Below, one piece after another: positions 27,231 to 41,014 of a stretch of 64,000 bases of DNA. Origin of the DNA: Tubiluchus corallicola (lineage: Eukaryota > Animalia > Priapulida); the NCBI GenBank assembly GCA_030141605.1, contig JAQGDQ010000178.1:62001-126000 (forward strand). The letters are read 5' to 3'. Numbering within the stretch: position 1 is the first letter of the stretch; every line of letters starts with the position of its first letter. The position numbers and the translations under genes were made by a program. The notes beneath the pieces were generated by a model. It saw only the letters and a program-made list of their open reading frames with translations, did no database searches and was not told where the DNA came from.

Positions 27231-29032
27231 TTAAGCTGGTCCGCGATATTGACTGTACAAATGTGCCTTATATTAGTGTCTACACATTGCCGTGTTTACC
27301 TACTATATAGTATTAACAAATACATCGTAATAGGATGACCATAATTTCATTTATTAGCATTGTCTCTAAACTGCATATTTTATAATTATAATTTGTTTAT
27401 TGCGTTTATATATCACCAACGTTTATTACGTAGAAGGTTTAAAGTGCATTGTCTTAGACACTGCGTCTCGCGCAGTTGGTGTATAAAACATTTACTTCAG
27501 AAATCATACTTAACTCCAGTAGTTTGAGCTGAGATTTAACAACTTTTGAAAAAGACAAATAAACGTTTTATTTAACCCATTATCAACTCCCTATTATAAA
27601 TTTAATCATTTAAAACTCATCACCATAAAACATTATCACCTCAAAAGTGCATTAAGATGAATAATTACTGCAATATCGTAACAACATGGGAAAACTTTTT
27701 ACATTGCTTCTTAGGTCGGCTGATTATTGTGAACTACTAAATTTTTTAGTTTTTATTTTGTTAAATAATTAGCCTGGCATAATTATAACAGGCCGCTAGC
27801 GGCTGATTATGCACAAGAATTTCAACGGCTGACCAATTTCTTGAAGTTAGGGCGCTTATAAAACAGCTGAAGTTATCTAATATTCTCTGTGGGTCCAATC
27901 ATAAACTTAATTATGTGCTTATTATAGAGCACACGCATAGTTTAACTTTATAGTGCTGTATTACTACATTATATAAGCTCATAGAACTAAATTAGCTGTT
28001 AGCGCTTAAGAAACAGTCAGATATATTGCACGAAGAGTGTAGTTTATGATCACTATAAATTCTAAACGTATCTATTTAACTTACAAATATTTGTTGAAGT
28101 TTTATTCTAGTATTATTTCTTTCAGTACCCAAATAACGTCATAAGATATTGAAATGAAAGACTAAAATGATTAGAAATAAACTAGCAACTAAGTTATTTC
28201 AACTGAATTAGAAACCACTAACTAATCACCCACTTATAACCCAGTTAACCATTCAACCAACCAAGCAGGCAACAATTCAACCAGCCAACCACTCAACCAA
28301 CGAAACAAGCAGCAATTCAACCAGCGGCAACCAACAAAGCACTGTCTTAGAAATAAAGGACAAAACAACCAAGAAACAACCATGAAAAACATACAAACAG
28401 AGTAATCGACTGATCGGTCAACCAACCAGTCAACTAAGCAACCAGACTGTCAAGTGATAAATTAACTACCAAACAGTCAGTCAGCCAACAATCCAACTAT
28501 CTAGCCAACCAACTAACCAACTGATCATTGATTGATCACTCAATCAAACAACTCTTAACAAAGAAAGTTAGCAAGAAAACAAACAACTAAGAAGTAGCTG
28601 CTCATCCCTCCATAGATTTGGGAGAAATGAAGCTATTTTGCATCATCTTGAATTTCGTATCTTCTGTGATTATAGTTCTCGAGGCATATAGCAATCAGTA
28701 ATAGACTGTTTAAAAGAACATCTATTGTTTTTCAACGTTTTTTTACTTCTCAGTTAGACGTCGCACATAATTATTTTCACGGTACCGTTTCTCTGTGGGA
28801 TTTCTGCTTCATCTTTTCGTCTGCTTCTCAGAAGTCTCTGCGGACTTCGATAAGTTTGTGTCTTAAGATGCACCAAGCGAACGCTTACATGTTTGATGTC
28901 CACTGCCTGATTGTTGTATTGCTTTTGATGTTTAATTAAGCTGTATATGTTTACCTTCTATACAATCGTATTTGCTGTGTACTGTAAGCTATCTAAATGT
29001 TAAAGTATTGTTGTCAACTAGATGAGATTTTA

Positions 29033-29074
29033 TTGTTGTTGTTTGTTTGTTGTTGTTGTTGCTGTTGCTGCCGC

Positions 29075-29129
<55 letters not shown>

Positions 29130-29130
29130 C
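29033..29130. repeat. (GTT)n microsatellite
   Basis: Direct reading. Confidence 0.95.
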
Positions 29131-29189
29131 TGCTGTTACTGGTGTCAATGATATGATGTAGATGATGATTTGTATTTTATTTTCTTCTC

Positions 29190-29422
29190 ACACCTAAATT
29201 ATTCCTCAGTTTAGCAGCACAATGATGGATACATCCAAAAGTGTTTGCGCGACATTTAAAAGCTTACATAAATTAATTCTTAATGAGCTCTCACAGTCAA
29301 TGCGCATGCGCAGGTGAGGATTTAATTGTTTCTGCGTCTCTGAACCGTAATTTCTAAAGGTGGTCAAAAGCAAGTGTTTTTAGTAGACGTCTTTGAAATC
29401 GTTGTTAATTGAAATGGGAAAT
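29190..29422 (+). repeat. Copy 1 of a ~233-bp near-identical direct repeat
   Basis: acacctaaattattcctcag...tgcgcatgcgca...gaaatgggaaat, repeated at 31481-31714. Confidence 0.95.
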
Positions 29423-31480
29423 TTTCGTGGCACGGTATTTTTGCATAGTTGTAAAATAACCGGCTAGTTATTTTGTAGTAAATATTACACATCTACCAAC
29501 CAATATAGATTACAGAACAGTCCCTCTAATAAGCTACCAAGCTCATATCAACATGGTCCGAGACTGCCTAATAATCCGAAGCTTGTGACGGCTGACAGAC
29601 CTCGGCTACTAATCAGAGGCCTGCTCCGGGGAGATACTTCTGACGTGTTGTTGCTCACAAATCTCATTAACAACGTGGAACGCTGACAGGATAATGATGT
29701 CATCAAGCCATCAGCCCAGGCGAACGAATCAAACTTCAATGATTGTCGCTGATCAGGGTCGCTGTTGGCGGTATAACAAAGAAGATGAAGGAAACAGGCA
29801 GTGAGTCACGGCGATCTGTTCCTCTTTTTTCTTTTCTTTTACCCTTCACTCGTTTCTTCTTGCTGCCACTCTCCTTCCATTTTCTTCTCTTTCTTGTTCT
29901 TATGCAACTTTTTTCGTGCAAATTTTCACGTACTGCCCGTTAGTTCTTCAAATACTTTTTTGTTTTCTTGTAATTACTCTCTTTTCGTTTGCTTTCTTTT
30001 CACTTCTCTTTCTGCTCGTTCTTTTTTCTATGAATAATCTTAAAACCTTTACGTGGTCATTTTGTCATTTCACGAAAGTCACTTATCATGTTATTTGGTA
30101 CCTTTTAATGCCAATTTTAAACAACTGATTGTTTTTGTGATGATTCGATCTTGAATAAATCCTTATTTAAATAAGAACAATTTGCTTTTCTACAGTTGAG
30201 ATCCAATTAAAAAATCGCAACTCTTCAAAGCCGCGGGACAGACGAGAAAATGTTTTCAAATTTGACTTTACGATTGACAAAATGACAAAATTAATCGGGA
30301 ATGTGCGTGATAAATAAAATAAACTTGAGTTAAACTGGCCGCGATTATCGTAAAGCAATAATTGTAATCTTGGGATTTACGTGGAATTCACGAGAGAATT
30401 TTGCAAAAGTAAAATGGCAAAATATTCACGACATCATAGAATATTTGCAAACCAGGGCGAGTTTAAAGCAAAACCGGACTCAATATTAAACTGTAGGTCA
30501 AAACAACCTACTTTTTAAAATATTGAAAGGAAATATACCATTTTTTTCAAAAATGACATGTGAAAGAATTATTACCACACAAACACAATTTTGCGTTCGC
30601 GCCACTAGTTCTTTGCTATTACTTGCATTTCGCTATTCGCCAGTTAGACGGGCACTTGCGTCTGCATTTCGGAAACGGATTGCACAAAAATCAGGTGCTG
30701 TACCTCTCAGTTCAGTGGTATTAGTTTGTGGTGTTGATTTAAGTGATTTTAAATTGTAGCCTATTAGAGTTTGTGCCAGTTTGCGTCACCTCTTTAATTT
30801 TGTTGGTCACCAGAGATCACATTTCGTTACTTTTTCAGTTATTCGCTTGCAAAGTAACTCTATAAACATGTTTGTTTTGCCGTGATGCTGCTCTAGTTCG
30901 CGTTACTGTTCACCTACTGAGTTTTTAGATAGTTTTAAATATTGACGTAACAGTAAAGTTACTCCGTAAAATCACTGGAAATAATATTGTCACTCAACAT
31001 TCGGGCTCCAATGAATTTAAATTTCCAGTTAAAAACCTCCCCCTTTTCAAGTTTTCAATGTCATTTGTCAGCAACCCCCTCCCAAAAAATCGCTATTTCT
31101 GAATTAGTGCTTAGTTGATGCGGTTCCAATCCGTCATTTTTTACACATTGCTACACTTTTGTACTGTTTCAGTTACAACAAAGAAAAAATTACAGCCTGG
31201 ATCTTTATTTAGGCGAACTTAAACATTTGAGAAGTTAAAAAAACAATGTTGAAATTATTACCTGCGGCAGAATTAGCGTTTTCTTTTAAATCGTAAGTGC
31301 ACAAAGCAGGGCAAAATAAGAGCTATATTGTTAATTAATTAATCTTAATAATTTATCATAATAAAGAAATATAGTGATTTCCGGTTTCGTATTCTCGGTA
31401 CATTAAATATTCGATTTATAGACTCTCTAAACGAGATGTCCATAATTATATACGAGCCGGCGGTTAATGGATATTAAATT

Positions 31481-31714
31481 ACACCTAAATTATTCCTCAG
31501 TTTAGCAGCACAATGATGGATACATCCAAAAGTGTTTGCGCGACATTTAAAAGCTTACATAAATTAATTCTTAATGAGCTCTCACAGTCAATGCGCATGC
31601 GCAGGTGAGGATTTAATTGTTCCTGTGTCTCTGTACCGTAATTTCTAATGGTGGTCAAAAGCAAATGTTTTTTAGTAAACGTCTTTGAAATCGTTGTTAA
31701 TTGAAATCGGAAAT
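31481..31714 (+). repeat. Copy 2 of the ~233-bp direct repeat
   Basis: Matches 29190-29422 with few substitutions. Confidence 0.95.
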
Positions 31715-32249
31715 ACCCGAATATTTATAAAACTTTTTTATCTAACTTATTTATTTGTTGCTAAAATGTGAAATTTAATCAATAATTCTGTAGACAGCGT
31801 CAAAGCACTGGTAGCGTTACAATCTGCGTTGCAAAAAACGCAAATTGTGTTTATTCAGTCGCTGAAAATTTATAAGAAGCTTAAAACCCTTTGTAGTTAA
31901 AATAGGAAAAATGACAAAAGCTCAGTGCAATAATGTCATTGTTGTTGGTTAAATTAACAAGTATGTAAGCTTTGCTTGGGTATACAAATTATAGGTTTAT
32001 ATACTGAAAGTGAAGTATAGAAGTTTTGTCAATAGTTCCTATTTCCAATTATGAAATGCTTCAGTTATACCAAATTCAATATTTTTCGCGGCAGCTAGAA
32101 CAAGAACTTTAAACCGGGCAAGTTGCAGCTGACGAAATTTCTTGATATTTTGCGCGGAATTTCTTATTCGACAAGTTTTTGGGTTTAGCAAAAAAGTATA
32201 AAAAGGGTTAAATCAAAAATGTTGAATCACGTGCACCATACATGAGACT

Positions 32250-32915
32250 TTGGAGCTTAAATATTTTTGCTTGAGAAAGAAATTGATTCTTATAAAGATC
32301 ACAAAGACAATTGTACATATAGAAACAGGAAGACATTTCAAACCACGTAAGATACCATTACAGCAACGTATTTGTCAACATTGCAATCTAGAATTGCAGT
32401 AGAAGAAGAAGCACGTGTGTTACTACGATGTACAAAACACAACAACCTACGGTCCGACTTTTTCAGTAAAATAAATAACTTTTAATTGCCCAGACTTCTC
32501 TAATATGGGAAAGCAGAACAAATTAATATTTCTTCTATTGACTAATGATACTGAAATTGTAAATCTCGTTTGTAAATTTCTATTTGAGTGTTTTACTATT
32601 AGAAACCTAAATTAAACTACACATACCTTTTATTTTATACAAAACAATAATTTCATAATTATGTACAATTGGAATGTCAACTATAATATCTATCAACAAT
32701 AGGAATTAATTGTTGTCAGGCTTAAATTATTATGTCATCACAATCTATTTTAAATTTTGTAACATGTCTAAGTAGTTAACTTTAGTGTGCTTGTTTTTAT
32801 TTTAATACACTAATTTGTAACTTTGTTGTGGTCAAGCATACATATCAACAGATGTTGTTATGTTTGTAATCGTGTATTGTTATGCTGTTGTATGCTAATA
32901 AACCTAAGCAATCTT
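32250..32915 (+). mobile_element. RTE/RTEX-like LINE 3' end
   Basis: IETGRHFKPRKIPLQQRICQHCNL...VEEEARVLLRCTKHNNLR, then AT-rich UTR and aataaa. Confidence 0.75.
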
Positions 32916-32920
32916 AATCT

Positions 32921-33849
32921 ACAGGATACTGGAAAACGTAATTTCTGATGTTTTCATAGCATTTAAGAAAGCTGCGCTAGGTAGCGCTGTCGTTCATAGT
33001 AAAAAACGAAATGTATCGTTACTCATAAGAAATGAACAGAACAGTATAATTGAAATGTCATAATTTACTGCCACGGTTGATTTCAGCCGCTAAATTATAA
33101 TATTTCAATTATTCACTGTTCATTTCCTCTAAGGAATGTGCGTTTCTATTTTCACTATCAGACAACAGCACTAGCTCGCGTAGGGACCTTAAATGCTGAC
33201 AGAGTTACTCTTGGCAGTTTCAAGAAGGACATTACAAATGAATAAGTATCTGAAAGATTTTCAGTGGATTCTAGATCTTGGTAAAATAATGCAGTCAAGG
33301 CTAAGAACGCATTGCAGCAAATTAAAAAGTGATCTAAATGGCTGTTCTGTATGTGGTTAGCAAATTGAAGATGTTAAAACACTATTTCTTGGAATGTAGC
33401 AGATATGACCACATTAGGCATATTATTTTGTATTCAGTCCTTCAGGATTACCAGCTTTCGGTAGATTTGTTATTAAATGGGAGTGACAGGCTTACAGAAG
33501 ATGAAATTCTGTTATGTAGTATCATTGAATTTATTAAACGAAGCGGGAGGTTTAGTGATGATTGATTTAATATTGTATATAAATATACTATAACTATTTG
33601 TACTAATTGCGTTTGTAAAGTATGTATATATTTCAATTTACGTAGTTTACCAAAGATTAATACTAACCTTGTAAACTGAGAAAACATTTTTACTGTAATT
33701 ACATTGTTGTTGTTTATGCTTTATTAACAAACAGCTTTAAATAGGCTTGCCTGCTATTTCATGGACTATATGCAGTATGTTGTTATAATAAATACTTATT
33801 TAAATCAAATGCTGACAGAATGCCAGAAATTTATTTTCCAGTATTCTGT
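32921..33849. mobile_element. Fold-back MITE interrupted by a LINE insertion
   Basis: Left end acaggatactggaaaa..., right end ...ttttccagtattctgt; long imperfect palindrome centred near 33080. Confidence 0.8.
33204..33806 (+). mobile_element. 5'-truncated CR1-like LINE with a 13-bp TSD
   Basis: RLRTHCSKLKSDL..C..IEDVKHYFLECSRY...LLNGS...FIKRSGRF; aataaa tail; aaatgctgacaga at 33191-33203 and 33807-33819. Confidence 0.85.
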
Positions 33850-35399
33850 GTTTTTTTAATCTTCGTAGAACTGCCAGAGTAAAATACTTTTTCTCGTTAT
33901 TTCTACTAAATTGTATTCGAAGAAACATCACGGCCGCAATTTCGTTTACAAAATTTGCTCCTGTCGCTATATTTCATTTGAAGCTTTATGTAAATTGAGC
34001 TGTGGGTATATAATATTGCACTGTTTAGCTATATAGCAGCTCGACAAAGTGTTTTCATGTGATGAGACAGGTAATAAAACTAAAATTCTTGTCACGCTCT
34101 GGCATGTTTTATGAAAATAACCCCCGTAGCGAATTAAATGATGTATAAAAAGAGAAGAAATAGCAGAATACAGAGAGCAGAAGAGATTACAGAAAAATTA
34201 AATAATGTAAATTTATGAAGGCGGTGCAGTATTACCACATAGGCGTCGATGCTGGGGTATTTGCTTTATGATCTGCCAAACCGGGCCTTCGCATTTTACT
34301 ACAATTCGATACTTGCTGACGTGCCTTCGTTTTTGTGTAAAGTTCGGGAAGTGGTCCTAGTGTTGTGGAAGTTGGTATTTGTACATTGTAGTTAGGTGTT
34401 GCCATGTATGTGCTAATCTTGTTACATTCTACTAGCTGACTTACCTTCAATATAATTGCATGGTCGAGCGACTACATACACACTGATCCTCTCCCCTCCC
34501 TATCTTAAATTAATGGTTGTTGCGAAGCTTGTGCAAGTCTGCATAGGTCAAATTCAATACCTGTTTTCCGGCTGTGAAACAGGTTTTACTGAATGTTTTT
34601 AAATTCTAGTTTTGCTCAATGTTCAGTGCAGGAGTTTTCTATTCATGTTTCTATAGTTCAATAAACACTTTTCTGTTGTGTGCAATGCAAATATTTATTA
34701 TTGATATTTGGTTCCTATACATATTTCTGTGTGTCTAAATTCAAACATATCAAAATGACTGAATAACAACTTGAAAAATGACTTTTACAAGTGTCTCAGG
34801 CTGATACTCAAAAATCTCGATACTTTCCAAGTATTAAAGGAAAGGACAAATCACTTAGAATGTTGTTTTTTTTACTGTTATTAATTAAACTTAGAAAAAT
34901 ATAACAAAGAAATTTGCAAAAACAACCTGTCTATAAAGCACAAAGTTAAGTTATACTACCGCTGTGTAGAAATTTTCAGGTGCAGTGGTAGCAGGCAATC
35001 ACTTGAAAATTATGACGTAACTGGTGGACTTGACTTTTCTAAGTGCATCGTGACTTTCCGCAAGTACACGCTTGCTTAAAGTAATTCAGGTTTCTGCAGC
35101 TTACCTAATGTTCATGCAGAAATATCACAAAAATTAGGTATCTTTTTTTGTAAAAACGTATTACTCTTTTGACGGAAATCTACAGTGCGCTTCTTTCCTT
35201 CAGTTGATGAACCACGTTATTGGTGGCAGCATGGAGGCTAAAAATGGAAGCGCCCATGTCTTGAAATTATCATAACTTCAAAGTGATTTTACTAATGACA
35301 CGAGGACCTTATCACACTTTTGTTACTAAATCCTTCTAACATTTTCCACGAGCATAGAAATAAGTCTAACTTCCCAGAAGGCTTCGTCTTTCTTTCAAA

Positions 35400-35960
35400 T
35401 GTTTTATCTTGTGTGAATAATGTTAAGTGAGTGCCCTCGTTGCTTTGAAAATGATTTTCTTGCTGATGTGACGTACCATGATCGAATGGTCATGGTCTTC
35501 TTCTCCTACTGCTGAAGTGCTATCCTTAATCACTAACCATTATTACTAGAATCTTTAATTAGAATCTTCTGATATGTATGAAATCAATGCTGGTGTTCCT
35601 CAAGGATCTGCAGTAATCCCTGCATTGTTTCTGCTGCTTCAACAACAGTTTACCAGATTCCATAAACTTGCTATGGTGTCTATGTCTTTGTGTCATAAAT
35701 GACACGCTGTAAACTCGATATAACGTGCAGCAAGTGTACAACTGCTGAAAAACACTACAGTTCTGAAGAATGCTGAGTTTGTGAGAAGTAGAAACTTCAA
35801 AAAGCCTATACTTCTAAAGATCAATACTAATATTAGCGACATTCATAACATAGCAACACCTGTACACGCTTCTGATTTTAACCACTTCGACGTGATTACA
35901 CCTGAGGAAAAATTGTGCTGAACGCATGAGGCAATAGCCGTAGCTAAGTACTTGCGTAAT
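35400..35960 (+). mobile_element. Decayed LINE RT fragment
   Basis: INAGVPQGSAVIPALFLL near 35585-35640; boundaries approximate. Confidence 0.55.
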
Positions 35961-36475
35961 TAGCCATCTTAAGCAGCGTGTCCTGGTAACCTTCACACAT
36001 GTTTATATTAGAGGGTAGAGTGTTTTACAGTTATGTATCTTGCGAAAAGTTTAATATCACCGTAGGATGATAACAAATTAATGATTAGGATTAAAGCCAG
36101 CTCTAGCTATGTGCATAGCGATCAATGTTGAAAACAACTAAACGCTTTGCTAGTAAATGGATATCTGGCCGGCAAAAAATTGCCTATATATCGTTTTTTT
36201 AATTATCCTTGATAATAACGCAGGTTCCTGTACTGCCGCCAACATCAAACTAATAACAAGTCTCTAAAGTTAAGTGCTGGATATTGGCTTGTACTGGCAA
36301 CTATGTCGAACCATATAGAAATACACAATTAGGTTATATAAAATTTTGTGCACAAAAGCTGTTTATGTAAGTCCCCATAAAGAATTATTATTTATCCTTC
36401 ACTATTTTTGTCAACTAACTAAACTTCGTGAATGAGCTAACTAAACTGCGGTTCTGGTGCAAATTAAGAGTCACA

Positions 36476-36786
36476 AACAGCGGCAGTATAAAAATCGTCT
36501 TTATTTTTACATATTCAACCTCGAGCTTCTATGGAACGCTTTGGTAATAGCATACCCATCGTGAGTCAACTAAGCCTTACCTAAAACCAATTTTGCCTAA
36601 CCAAAATCTACAGAAACAGCTTAAGGCTTGACAGTTTTCGCGTATTTTGGCTAAGTAAAATTTTCCGTGTAAATTCTGTTTTTTTTGTTTTTTTTTCTAA
36701 TGATTGTACACCGATACCAGAAACGTTTCACGGTAGTTCAACATTGAATATGTAAGAATAAAGATGAATTTTATACTGTCGCTGTT
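36476..36786. mobile_element. MITE with long terminal inverted repeats
   Basis: aacagcggcagtataaaaatcgtctttatttttacatattcaa versus ttgaatatgtaagaataaagatgaattttatactgtcgctgtt. Confidence 0.8.
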
Positions 36787-36850
36787 CTAAGTTTTTCCAA
36801 CTAAATTATTTAAAAAAAATACAGGTGAATCGCGAATATATACTATAGCA

Positions 36851-37163
36851 CAGTGGCTCCCAAACTTTCTCGGACGGTTACCCAAATCGGGAAAACCGGT
36901 GGTGTCCATTACCCCCCACCTAGTACTACTTCTCCAACTCAAAAAGTAAACACACGTATATGCCACAAGCAAGCAAAATTATTTATGTTTGCTCGTGACA
37001 TAAATAAATTTTCAAGTGTTGTTGTCTCTTCAAGAAGAAAACTACGTAAAATGCATTCCGAGCGAAGTTTTAAAAATTTTCAGAGGGATGCCCGTTACCC
37101 CCACCCCCAAAAACACCATATTACCCCCGGGGGGTAATTTACCCCTACTTTGGGAACCACTTG
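36851..37163. mobile_element. Non-autonomous hAT element
   Basis: Termini cagtggctcccaaa ... tttgggaaccacttg; subterminal tacccc/ggggta motifs; ctatagca on both flanks. Confidence 0.8.
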
Positions 37164-38544
37164 TGCTATAGCAAGTCTAGCTGTCATGGCCAAGAAGATT
37201 CACTGAAACGTGGCATTTGTAATAGCCGTTTCTGTTCCGAAGGAATACTGCAAGGTTTGGGTGTACTTTTCAGCACTTGACGTCATTGCTCCTCTTAATT
37301 GCAGATTACCCGCTTGTCTGTTTCACCTTTCAAGAAATATGGTGTTCACAGGGAATCATCATTAATTTTCACCATTAGAGAAGGCAGAAAAGGTCAACGA
37401 CTTGTCTTGTGTAGATTGCATGAATTGCACAGGTTACCTACTCATAAGCTACTTAAATTAGTCTAGTTCCAATTAATGATGTTCTCATCGTATCTATCGT
37501 GCGTAGGAGAATATTAATAGTTTACGACTGCTAGAACACCTGTTACCCTAATGTACTTGATACTATGACTACGTAAAGTATGGTAGGTGTTCTGCAGTAC
37601 CAATACACTGTGGCCAGAAAAGGAATCATACGAAGTAATTTGTAATTTTGAGTGTTCACTACTTAGAAACGTAAAAAATTTCAAGTTTGAATAGTGGCTG
37701 TTGAATTACCAAAACACGAAAGTTTTTGCAAGACAAGCTAAATAAGAAATTCAAGTTTTAACGTAACTTTTAATTTACCGAAGATTTTACAGTGACAACA
37801 CAGTACATACCTGTAAACGCTTATGGGTTCAAAAACGAACACCGAAATGTTTTACTGACAAGTTTCCTTGAAACATCCCCCAGTACGTTTATTTGTATTT
37901 TCACCACATTTTTTATCCAAGGTAAAATTCATCTATTACTTGCTTTACTGATTCGTTCCTTGCAGTTAATTCCATTTTCCTATCAGATGCCATGGAATTC
38001 GGAAGAAAAATTTTCCTAGAATTTATTCTTTAACAAATCTATAGATACTAGGAATACTCGGTGAAACTAGGGATACAACTATCGTACTGCCTTTCATGTT
38101 AACTAACAAGATAGACCCTCACACTTGAAATAAAAATTAAATGACATCTCAAGTTTCGAGCACGATATAGATTAATTCCAATATTAGATAACAAGCATTT
38201 CAGTTCAATTCAGTTTTATTGCACAAATATTTCAGCTACAGAGTCCACTGGCAAATTTTACATTTAACAAAGGACCCATTGTTTAAAAACACAAACAACA
38301 ACAAAGGGAAAAACAGAATTGCAGAGCGATTAACATTAAATTACAGATCGTTAGCAGCATCAGAACAAACAAGAGTTATAACAATATCCGTCTGAAATGT
38401 TTGATCTGTTCCTATAACTTGTGAAACGTTTAGCAAACTGAAAATATTGCACAAGACATTAAAATGATAAATAATACTCATCAGTCGTAATTAACAACTA
38501 CGACAAAATAATTTGTTAACGAACAAACCAACAAACACACTTTA

Positions 38545-38792
38545 GTACAACCTGGCACTCGTCTTGTTTCAGCTGGTGATTGATCTTTTTGTAGTGCTGC
38601 CCCTCGTTTATGGAATGCTCTTTCAGATGAGGTCAAAAATTACCAAATTATTGTTGCTGTTCTTAGTCTGTTAAGTTTATACGTTATTGATGTCTTTAAA
38701 ATATTTTTCGTAAATTTCTTGTAAATTTAAAAGTGTTTGTACGCCAAAGAGCATTTTTATATGAATTTTAGGCAATAAAATTATTATTATTA
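38545..38792 (+). mobile_element. L2-type LINE 3' end
   Basis: AGD*SFCSAAPRLWNALSDEVK followed by aataaa(att)n. Confidence 0.7.
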
Positions 38793-41014
38793 GTGTGCTT
38801 GCAAACCAAAACCGTCCATAACTCGGCATAGTTAAAACTACGTTATGATGCTTCAAAGCAGAAATTGTAAAAAAACTTCTATTTTCTAACTCCGATTGTA
38901 GCACGTGGAAGCAGCCATTTTGCTTCGGGTTTTTTTCTGTTGACAAGACCAGATCTTCGTCAGATAGAACCATCTGCTGGATTTAAACGTAACTTCAATT
39001 TGCTCTTGTAAAGTACATAGCAACTATACTTTCGTACGGTTACTAAGTGTTTTGTAGAGACACGACAAAAAACAAGGGCTGACTTTAACGCTAAGAATAC
39101 GTTTCTATTTCAGAATTTACTCATCTATTAAAATAGCTCTTTACTTGCATATTTATTGTGGCCCTGTTTGCTATGAACTATCCAGATCTTAGGTTCAAGG
39201 TATTCCTTTCAAGACTGGCATTGAGATTGAGATTGCCCCACTGACACATCCGAGACAGAAGGAAGGGAACTATGGTGAAACCTCGTCCGACGTAGTTCAA
39301 CTCCCTGAATAAATTTGCAGTCCCTTGCAGGCAATGCCCTTGGAAACTTTCTTTTTTTGACTTTGATGGCACATTTGTTTGGGTAACCTAGATCTAGCGA
39401 ATACTTTAAAATGTATGTATAGCAACATTGCCTAATGGTTACCACTGAACAGACTTTGAGATAGTAGGCAACTAAGAAGCACTTGACCTCCAGTTATTCG
39501 ATTAATATTTTGGGTAGCCTGGTATTTTTTATCTATTGCATGATTCATCAATGGTCATTCGTTTTTTAGGTAAATCTTTGGCCTTTGGTCCTTTGTCTAG
39601 TGGTCCTTGGACACATGACCTCTTGCCTGGTGGTCCACTGACCTACACCATTTGAAGACATAGCTCCTCATTTGTAAAAACAAAAATTTTCTATTTCGTA
39701 TGTGCTCTGCTGGAGACCATGCGATTCTTCACGCTTTTGAAAATTCTCATTTATTTGTACCAACTTAGCATCAGTAGGCCTACCAATCAGCCTCAGCATC
39801 CCGGGAAGCTGAAAGAAGAAATTCTCTAGTACTTCAAAGCTAAATGGCTAATTGCTGCCTGAATTTTCTGCGCGAACAGCCAGGTCCAATTAACCAGTTC
39901 TCTCCCTCTTGCCTCATAGGGCGTGTCCAGACATGCATCCTACGCCATTTTGGCACGACTTGAATCTTTCACCTACACCGTCAAACAAACCAACTTTGTG
40001 CAAAGTCGTGACAGACTTTCTAAGTTTTTCTTCAAAGAGAAAATGTACAGAAGACTATGATCTCACTCATCGTCTATTGTCTTTCTCAATGGACAGTCGT
40101 CAAGTGAAATTAATCTTGTGTTGAAGTAAACTCGAGTGAATATGTCTGCCTCCTGAGACCTCTTTTGTTGGTTTTAAAACTGAGACTGAAAAGCTTTAAG
40201 CAGAACGTTGTAATTTATCAACGTCATTAGAGCGAAATTGAAAGGGAAATGCACCTGGTGGAATGGCTACAGAAAGCGGAACGACAAGCTTTAGGTAAGA
40301 GGAAGCCAAAGCTCAACTTCATCTAAATAGAACTTCTGAATGGAACACTCTGCATAATTCAAAACATTTTTAAAACACCTTCCATTGACGTGACAGAGCA
40401 AGCTGATCCTCCTCTAAAACTTTTTACTTGGTTTTTAACTGTAGCTGTAACGGCGACTTTAATCATTTATAATGGATACTTTCCTGTTATTAATAGGTGC
40501 TTTAGTCGTTTAATTATTCCAGTCTTATTGTTTTAAGTATGCGTAATTAATTGTTTGGCACCCTCTGGCTTGATGTAAAATGTAAAACCTAAGAATTTTG
40601 CATCTTTAGTAGATCAATTATTATTCAATTCACCTTTTGCTTTTGCACCAATAATAAGCCTTTTCACAGCACCAGCGATTGATGATGATCGTGAAAAGGT
40701 CAAAGGTTAAGCCTGCCAGACAACGCATTTGTGTACATTTCACAACGCCTCACAGCCCGTGCTACTGTAATAGTAACAGTTTTAACAAGTTTAACAGCTA
40801 ACTAGAAACTTACCTAGATCATTTTTTCTCGTTCCAAGGCAACCAAGAATCTGCTAGTAAATCACTCTACGCACAGACTAATGCGTAATTAAGTAACGTG
40901 ACGGTTGTAGTTACACGTTACCCTTGACCTACAGCAACTGCGCATGCGCATAGCGAAATTGTGAAAAGGCTTATTGCCATTAAATATAAAAAAGATAATA
41001 ATTTGTACTATTAC

